IMG/VR virus record: IMGVR_UViG_3300022852_000105
Location: 1 to 30,683 of that record
Direction: 5' to 3' (one strand)
Length of the DNA: 30,683 nt
Source: a virus
Lineage: Duplodnaviria; Caudoviricetes
The notes under the pieces are model-generated. The model was not told the DNA's origin and ran no database searches. It saw nothing but the letters and a program-made list of their open reading frames with translations. Made by a program: the position numbers and the translations under genes. Each line of letters starts with the position of its first letter. Position 1 is the first letter of the stretch. Of the stretch, positions 24,829 through 30,683 are shown piece after piece.

Positions 24829-25136
24829 TCGCGGCGGCCCGGCGGCGGTACTGGCGGTCGCCGCCCGCCGATGAATACACCTGGCTGGGGTTGACGCTCC
24901 AGGACATAGCGCCGCCTCCCGTGGCGCTGTTGCCCGAAAACACTCTTCCGTTCGATGTGTTCTGCGCCATGGACACGCAGTGGCGCGTTGGCGTCGGCGG
25001 TGCTACGGGTCTGGACTACGGCGCGCTGCCGACGGTGCTGAGGTTCCTGGGCGTCAAGCGGGCCGAATGGTCGGGGGTGTGGGACTCGGTGCGCGTGATG
25101 GAGCGCGCCGCCCTGGAAGAAATGCACAAGGATTGA
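24825..25136 (+). CDS. gpT-like / DUF1799-like extension reached by -1 frameshift
   Basis: The -1 frame is open from 24825 (LIAAARRRYW...PEN...F..MDTQWRVG.GGATGLDY...VMERAALEEM); no good own start. Confidence 0.82.
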   Translation: MIAAARRRYWRSPPADEYTWLGLTLQDIAPPPVALLPENTLPFDVFCAMDTQWRVGVGGATGLDYGALPTVLRFLGVKRAEWSGVWDSVRVMERAALEEMHKD

Positions 25137-25137
25137 C

Positions 25138-28100
25138 ATGTCAGACGTTGTAGGCAAAGCCACACTGGAGTTCGGCGCGGACAATAGTGGCGTCAAGACG
25201 GCCGTGCAGGAGGTAGGCCGTGAGGTCAACGGCATGGCCTCTGTCGCCGCCGCTGCCGCCGTTAAGGCGTCGGGCAGTCTCCAGGGCATCGGCTCCGCGG
25301 CGGAGGGGGCCGCGCAGAAGCTGACCTCCTCGCAGCAGCGCGCCCGGCAGTCGCTTGAGCGCCTGGCAAACACCCTGGGCCGTTCGCGCTCTGAAGTGGC
25401 CGAGTATCGCGCCCAGGCGGCCGGACTGCCCCGCGACGTGTACGAGCCGCTTGTCGCCAAGATCCGCGAGGCGGAAGCCGCCATGGATGGTCTCAGCGCC
25501 GGCCAGCGCGCGGTGGCGGCCGCCGGTGCCCAGGCAGCACAGTCTGAAAGCCAGACGGCCGCCCGCTACCGGGATATCGGCCAGGCCGCAGTTGAGCGCG
25601 CTGCCGCCTTGCAGCGCCAGGTCGAACAAGCCCGAGCCGCAGCCATCGCGGAGCGGGAACTGTCGGCCGCTTCTTCCGGCGGTGCCCGTGGTCAGGGGGC
25701 GGACGTCCTCGCAGGGCAGAATCGCGGCTTCCAGGAACTGACGCGGGATATCAACGAGGTCAACGCCGCGTTGGCCGCCATCGAGCGCGGGGCCGGGTCG
25801 CAGTCCGCGATCCAGGCACAGACCGACAAGCTGGTCTCGCTTTGGAGCCAGGGGCGAATCACCGCGGAGCAGTATGGCGCCGCGGTGAAGCGTCTGGACG
25901 CCTCCGAGGCCGCGCTGGCGCGGTCAAGTGCCCAAGCAGCGGCGCAGGGTGACCGATTCATCGCGGGCTTGCGCGAGCAGGCGGAGACCGCCGGTATGAC
26001 GGCCCGGCAGCTTCTGGAGTACCGCGCCGCGCAACTCGGCGTAGGTGACCGCGCCGGGCCGCTGATCGCACGCCTTGCCGAGGTCAACAAGAACTTGGAT
26101 GGCACGGGCATTTCCGCACGCCAGACGGCGGCGGCGATGCGCATGGTTCCGGCGCAAATGACGGACATCGTCACGCAGCTCGCCGGCGGGCAGAACCCAT
26201 TCCTGATCATGATTCAGCAGGGCGGCCAACTGAAGGACAGCTTCGGTGGCATCGGCCCCATGTTCCGTGCCCTGCTGGGAATGATTACTCCGTTCTCCCT
26301 GGCCGTGGGTGGGGTGGGCGCGGCGTTGGCGCTGGTAGGCACGGCGTTCTACAAAGGAACAAGCGAGTCCCGCGAGTTCGGCAATTCGCTGGCCCTCACC
26401 GGAAGCTACGCGGGGCAGACCGCGCAGAGCTTGGTGGATATGTCTCGCCGCGTCGGTGGGGCCCAAAGCACGGTAGGCCGGTCGGCCGACGTGCTGAACA
26501 GGCTGGTGGCCTCGGGCCGCGTGGCGGGCAGTTCATTGGAGACGGTGGCCGGCGCCATCGTCAACATGAGCGAGACAGGCGTTCGTTCGGTCGACGACCT
26601 GGTGGCTGAGTTCGTGCGGCTGGGCGAGAGCCCGAGCCAGGCGGTCGCCAAGATCAACGAATCCATGCACTTCCTGGATGCAGCGACCTATGACCGTATC
26701 CGGGCCCTTGAACAACAGGGGCAAAAAGAGCAGGCCGCAGCGTTGGCTCAGGCCACCCTGGCCGACGCTACCAACCGCGCCGCTGATCGCGTCCGCGCAA
26801 GCGCCGGCACGCTGGAGCGGGGCTGGCATAGCTTGGGTTTGGCTGCTCGCCAGGCCTGGGACGCGATGCTCAACATCGGTCGGCCCACTCCGATTGCCGA
26901 GCTTCGCAAGCAGGCCGAGGAACTGTCAAAGACAGTCGAGAGCCTGGAGAACAACCAGGGCTTCACCACCAACGACGGGGGCGCGGCCATTGGTGGTGGC
27001 AGGAACCGTGCGCAACAGGCGCTCAAGCTGAAAAAGCAGGAGCTAGCCACGATCACTGCCGAGATACAGCGGCAGGAGAAGGAACAGGCGGATGCGAGGG
27101 CGCAAGGGCTCAAGGGACAACTGACCCAAGAGAAGATTGCCGCCGATACTCGGCTGGACGAAATCATCAAGGCCGGCCGGACCCGCTCCCAGATCCGGCA
27201 GGACGAGCTGAAGAAACTCGATGATGAGGCACAGAAGTACGGGTGGGCTGCCGAGAAGGTGGAGGCGGCACGCGCTGCGATCAACGAGAAGTACAAAGAC
27301 CCAAAGGGAGCCGGGGGCGCGTACAAGGACGATGCAGCGACCCGCAGGCTTGCAGCGTTGCGCGAACAAGAGGCGTCTCTAGCCGCGCAACTCGCTGGCG
27401 AAAAGAAGCTGACGGATGCCGGGCGGGCCCGTGCTGAGTTCGAGCAGCAGATCGCTGACCTGAAGGGCAAGGCCATTCTGACGGCCGATCAGAAAAGTCT
27501 GCTCGCGAACGAAGACGCCATTCGTGCGCAACTGGTGAAGAACGAAGGAATTGCCAAGGAGCTGGCAACCAAACAGGCGATGCTCAAGCTGGACGAGCGT
27601 GCGGCGCAGATTCAGCAAGCGATGGCCTCGGCCGCCGAGTCCCGTCAAGAGCAGTACGACCGCCAGTTGGGGGCCGCGGGGCTGGGGCAGGTCGCGCGGC
27701 AGCGTGCCGAGGCCGAGAACGCTATCCGTCTGGAGTATCGGCGTTATCAGGAGCAGTTGACCAAGGCCACGCCGCAGGATCAGCTTGGCTCCGAGCGATT
27801 CATGGAGGAGCAGGCAAAGATTCGGCAGGGGTTGCAGTCAGCCCTTGTGGAGCAGCGAGCGTATTACGCCGAGGTGGACAAGCTGAACTCCGATTGGAGC
27901 GTCGGCGCGCGGGAGGCCTTTTCGGACTATGCCGAGTCGGCGGCGAACGTGTCTCAGCAGACGCAGGGACTGTTCTCAGGCGCGTTCAACGGCATGGAGG
28001 ATGCCATGGCGCGCTTTGTCTCCACTGGCAAGCTGAGCTTCAAAGATCTGGCCAACTCCATCATTTCCGACCTGGCACGGATCGCCGCGCGACAAGCGAT

Positions 28101-28608
28101 TGTGGGCGCCATCGGAAGCATCGCCACGGCGTTCGCCAGCGGCGCATCGGCCGGCATCGGAAGCGCGACCGCGTCGGACGTTGCTAACGCGACTGCGCGC
28201 TCAGGCGGCGGAATGATGTTCCTGTCCTCCGGCGGCTACACCGGCGACGGCGGCAAGTACGAACCTGCGGGCATCGTCCACAAGGGTGAATACGTGCTGA
28301 ACGCTGCGGCAACCGCTCGCATCGGCGTGGACAAGCTCGACCGTCTGAACAAGATGGGCTACGCCGAGGGGGGATTGGGAGGCCGCCCGCCGGGAATGTG
28401 GTCGGCGGCGGCTGGCATGGGTGCCAGCCCTGGAAATATCTCGGTTCAGGTGACCGTGACGGGCGGCGGCGAGGAGCGCAAGACCACCGGGGAAAGCGAG
28501 ATGGGTAACCGGCTTGCAGACGGTGTGGTTGCGCTGGTGCGGCGCGAAATCGAGCGGTCTTATCGTCCCGGCGGCGCTGCCTGGAATGCACGACAGGGGA
28601 GGGCCTGA
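25138..28608 (+). CDS. Tape measure protein, lambda family (1156 aa)
   Basis: AAMRMVPAQMTDIVTQLAGGQNP..IMIQQGGQLKDSFGG; Ala/Gln-rich helices; TGKLSFKDLANSII.DL; GGYTGDGGKYEPAGIVHKGEYV. Confidence 0.96.
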   Translation: MSDVVGKATLEFGADNSGVKTAVQEVGREVNGMASVAAAAAVKASGSLQGIGSAAEGAAQKLTSSQQRARQSLERLANTLGRSRSEVAEYRAQAAGLPRDVYEPLVAKIREAEAAMDGLSAGQRAVAAAGAQAAQSESQTAARYRDIGQAAVERAAALQRQVEQARAAAIAERELSAASSGGARGQGADVLAGQNRGFQELTRDINEVNAALAAIERGAGSQSAIQAQTDKLVSLWSQGRITAEQYGAAVKRLDASEAALARSSAQAAAQGDRFIAGLREQAETAGMTARQLLEYRAAQLGVGDRAGPLIARLAEVNKNLDGTGISARQTAAAMRMVPAQMTDIVTQLAGGQNPFLIMIQQGGQLKDSFGGIGPMFRALLGMITPFSLAVGGVGAALALVGTAFYKGTSESREFGNSLALTGSYAGQTAQSLVDMSRRVGGAQSTVGRSADVLNRLVASGRVAGSSLETVAGAIVNMSETGVRSVDDLVAEFVRLGESPSQAVAKINESMHFLDAATYDRIRALEQQGQKEQAAALAQATLADATNRAADRVRASAGTLERGWHSLGLAARQAWDAMLNIGRPTPIAELRKQAEELSKTVESLENNQGFTTNDGGAAIGGGRNRAQQALKLKKQELATITAEIQRQEKEQADARAQGLKGQLTQEKIAADTRLDEIIKAGRTRSQIRQDELKKLDDEAQKYGWAAEKVEAARAAINEKYKDPKGAGGAYKDDAATRRLAALREQEASLAAQLAGEKKLTDAGRARAEFEQQIADLKGKAILTADQKSLLANEDAIRAQLVKNEGIAKELATKQAMLKLDERAAQIQQAMASAAESRQEQYDRQLGAAGLGQVARQRAEAENAIRLEYRRYQEQLTKATPQDQLGSERFMEEQAKIRQGLQSALVEQRAYYAEVDKLNSDWSVGAREAFSDYAESAANVSQQTQGLFSGAFNGMEDAMARFVSTGKLSFKDLANSIISDLARIAARQAIVGAIGSIATAFASGASAGIGSATASDVANATARSGGGMMFLSSGGYTGDGGKYEPAGIVHKGEYVLNAAATARIGVDKLDRLNKMGYAEGGLGGRPPGMWSAAAGMGASPGNISVQVTVTGGGEERKTTGESEMGNRLADGVVALVRREIERSYRPGGAAWNARQGRA

Positions 28609-28943
28609 TGGCCGAACGATTTGTATGGACGGCTACAGGCCAGCCCAGCGGCACCGTCACTTTCAGGCGCCTGACGGCACAGTTTGGAGACGGATATCGA
28701 CAGGTAGCCGGCGACGGCATCCACAGCGAGGTGCAGTCGTGGCCCCTCACGTTCTCCGGCACCAAGAAGGAAATGGAGGTCATTGCGGCATTCCTTCGTC
28801 GACATGCAGGCATCAGGTCTTTTCTGTGGACGCCACCACTGGGCGAAGAAGGACTGTACGAAGCGCCGACTTTCAGCATCAATCCAGTCGGCGGTTCCGC
28901 CCACACCGTCTCCGCCACATTCCAGCAAGTTTTTAAGCCGTAG
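28608..28943 (+). CDS. Minor tail protein, lambda gpM-like
   Basis: AQFGDGYRQV..DGI......W.LTF...FL.RHAG..SFLWTPP...SATFQQVF. Confidence 0.92.
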   Translation: MAERFVWTATGQPSGTVTFRRLTAQFGDGYRQVAGDGIHSEVQSWPLTFSGTKKEMEVIAAFLRRHAGIRSFLWTPPLGEEGLYEAPTFSINPVGGSAHTVSATFQQVFKP

Positions 28944-28949
28944 ACCAAT

Positions 28950-30413
28950 ATGCAGACACTCGAAATCATCAACGTGGGGCAAGCGCCCAACGACGGTAGT
29001 GGCGACGATCACCGGAAGGCCTTTCAAAAGGTCAACGCCAATTTCGACAAGGCCGTTGAAGGTATCGGAGAGGTGGCCGCTGCGGCGCAGGAGGCCGCGG
29101 AGGCCGCCGAGACCGCGGGGCAGCTGGCTGCGGACGCTGTCCCATCTGATGCGGTCGGTGTTGCCGGCGGTGTGGCTCCGTTGGATAGCGCGGGGAAAGT
29201 CCCCGGGCAGTATCTTCCCGAACAGGAAGAGTTCATTCCGATGGCCCAGAAAGGCGCTGCCGACGGCGTGGCCACCTTAGGGTCCGACGGCAAGGTAACA
29301 CCGGAGCAGTTGCCGAACGCGGTGGACGCCATCCCTCTGGCGCAGAAGGGCGAGGCAGGGGGCGTAGCGACGCTGGACAACGAGGGACAAGTTCCAGCGG
29401 CACAGCTTGGCTTGGCGGTTCCGATTGCCCAGAAGGGCGCAGCGGGAGGTGTCGCCCAACTTGATTCCGCCAGTCGGCTGCCGACAACGCAGCTTCCCGC
29501 AGTGACCCAATCGCTATGGAACGGCACCACGCTGACCCTGGGTGCGGACGGTCGGTGGATCCGAGGAAATTTCGATGGCGCGCATGCCGCTGACACGGCA
29601 AGCATCCAGACGCTGCGTGCCAGTACGCCTACCTACCTTCCAATTGTTCCCGGGGCCGGTGCGGACAGTTCTTACGTGATATGCCGGAATGCGGCGGGGC
29701 CGAATAGCGCATTTGTGGCGCTGGGGATGAACGGTAGCGTTCTAATGGCTGATCTGACTTTCAGCCGTCATGGCACGGCTGGAATCCCGGGGGCGCTGCG
29801 CATCTTTTCCGCCAGCACAGAATGCGGTCGCATCGGCGCGGATGGCGCGTGGATTCTGGGCCCGTACTTGTGGGTTCCGAACGTAACGGCTCGCCAGCAC
29901 GTGTACTACACGGGCGGCGGTTCGATGTACGGAACGGCGTATCGTGGACAGGCTCAAACGGATGGCGTGGCCATCCAGTTCCAGGCCTATAACGGCGCTG
30001 TGGCCGGCTACATCCAGAGCAACTTCAACCTGTCAGTTACCTACGCCACGACATCCGACTACCGATCTAAGCATTTGCTTGGCCCAGTAGAACCTGCCGT
30101 CGCGCTGGAAAACGTGATGAAGCTGCGTCCCGTCCACTTCCGGATGAACGGCGTCGCAGTTGTCATGCTCCCGTTGAACGGCTTTGTGGCCCATGAGTTG
30201 CAAGAAGTCATCCCGCAGGCTGTCACCGGCTACAAGGACCAGACCCGCATTGACGATGACGGCAATGTGGTCCCCGTCATGCAGGGCGTGGACTTGAGCA
30301 AGGTCGTGCCCACACTCGTCGCGGCGATGCAGGCTCAGCAAGGGATGATTGATGAGCTGACGCGGCAAGTCGGTCAACTCAGAGACGAGTTGGCACGGGT
30401 TCTGCAGGAGTAG
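28950..30413 (+). CDS. Tail fibre/spike-like protein with repeats and C-terminal S74 intramolecular chaperone
   Basis: INVGQAPNDGSGD..RKAFQKVNANF N-terminus; four GVA.LD..GKVP..QLP-type repeats; TTSDYRSK...LRPV.F...GFVAHELQEVIPQAV...VDLSKVVPTLVAAMQ. Confidence 0.85.
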   Translation: MQTLEIINVGQAPNDGSGDDHRKAFQKVNANFDKAVEGIGEVAAAAQEAAEAAETAGQLAADAVPSDAVGVAGGVAPLDSAGKVPGQYLPEQEEFIPMAQKGAADGVATLGSDGKVTPEQLPNAVDAIPLAQKGEAGGVATLDNEGQVPAAQLGLAVPIAQKGAAGGVAQLDSASRLPTTQLPAVTQSLWNGTTLTLGADGRWIRGNFDGAHAADTASIQTLRASTPTYLPIVPGAGADSSYVICRNAAGPNSAFVALGMNGSVLMADLTFSRHGTAGIPGALRIFSASTECGRIGADGAWILGPYLWVPNVTARQHVYYTGGGSMYGTAYRGQAQTDGVAIQFQAYNGAVAGYIQSNFNLSVTYATTSDYRSKHLLGPVEPAVALENVMKLRPVHFRMNGVAVVMLPLNGFVAHELQEVIPQAVTGYKDQTRIDDDGNVVPVMQGVDLSKVVPTLVAAMQAQQGMIDELTRQVGQLRDELARVLQE

Positions 30414-30416
30414 GAA

Positions 30417-30683
30417 ATGCGGATCTATGCGGATGTGCAAAAACTCGAGGTCGGCGAGCTGGTCGACCTGTACGAGCTAGACGCCAGTGGCATTGGGGGA
30501 ACCCTGCAGCGGTTCCACGGCTATACGCAGGTCGGACCGATCTGGTGGCAGGGAAATCAGTACGATCCCTGGCCGATCAAGGCCGAGGGATTCGAGCAGG
30601 TCGGCGAGGGGCAGCAACCCACGCCGACGCTGTCGGTGGGCAACATCGGCCAGGACGGCGAGGGCAATCCCATTGCAGGCGTG
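30417..30683 (+). CDS. Minor tail protein, lambda gpL-like (5' part, truncated by window edge)
   Basis: Manual translation MRIYADVQKLEVGELVDLYELDASGIGG...RFHGY...IWWQGNQYDPWPIKAEGFE...PTPTLSVGN. Confidence 0.9.
   Translation, partial: MRIYADVQKLEVGELVDLYELDASGIGGTLQRFHGYTQVGPIWWQGNQYDPWPIKAEGFEQVGEGQQPTPTLSVGNIGQDGEGNPIAGV

Larger units (their letters stand above)
1364..30683. mobile_element. Lambdoid HK97-like siphovirus prophage integrated at tRNA-Pro; continues beyond the right edge
   Basis: Ordered immunity, replication, Q/late, terminase, head and tail modules directly downstream of a tRNA. Confidence 0.95.

Noticed and set aside
28950-30683. Diversity-generating retroelement acting on the tail fibre
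   Set aside because: No reverse transcriptase or TR/VR repeat pair is visible in this window; cannot be excluded downstream

Overview
High-GC bacterial chromosome segment; the sequence style suggests a betaproteobacterium (possibly Achromobacter/Bordetella-like), which is inference only. The first ~1.4 kb is host DNA: the 3' end of pstA, pstB and a tRNA-Pro(TGG). A lambdoid, HK97-type siphovirus prophage starts right after the tRNA and runs off the right edge. Its order is: att-proximal cargo, a leftward early operon ending in Rha and AlpA/Xis, a rex-position accessory gene, the cI/cro switch with pL/pR and 14-bp operators, a c4-like RNA, a lambda-O-like initiator with 8 iterons, a T7 gp4/Twinkle-type primase-helicase, a Q-like gene with pR'/tR', a cargo zone, HNH, terminase, HK97 head genes and lambda-like tail genes (including the G/GT frameshift). 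No integrase or lysis cassette lies inside the window. The best candidate for an undescribed system is the att-proximal two-gene operon at 1586-3110: an enlarged proteasome-beta/Ntn-hydrolase-like protein with intact Thr1/Asp17/Lys motifs plus a 74-aa partner. Other candidates are a reverse-oriented membrane + soluble gene pair, a highly acidic possible DNA mimic and a decayed tRNA. All functional calls come from motif recognition by eye; no searches were run.
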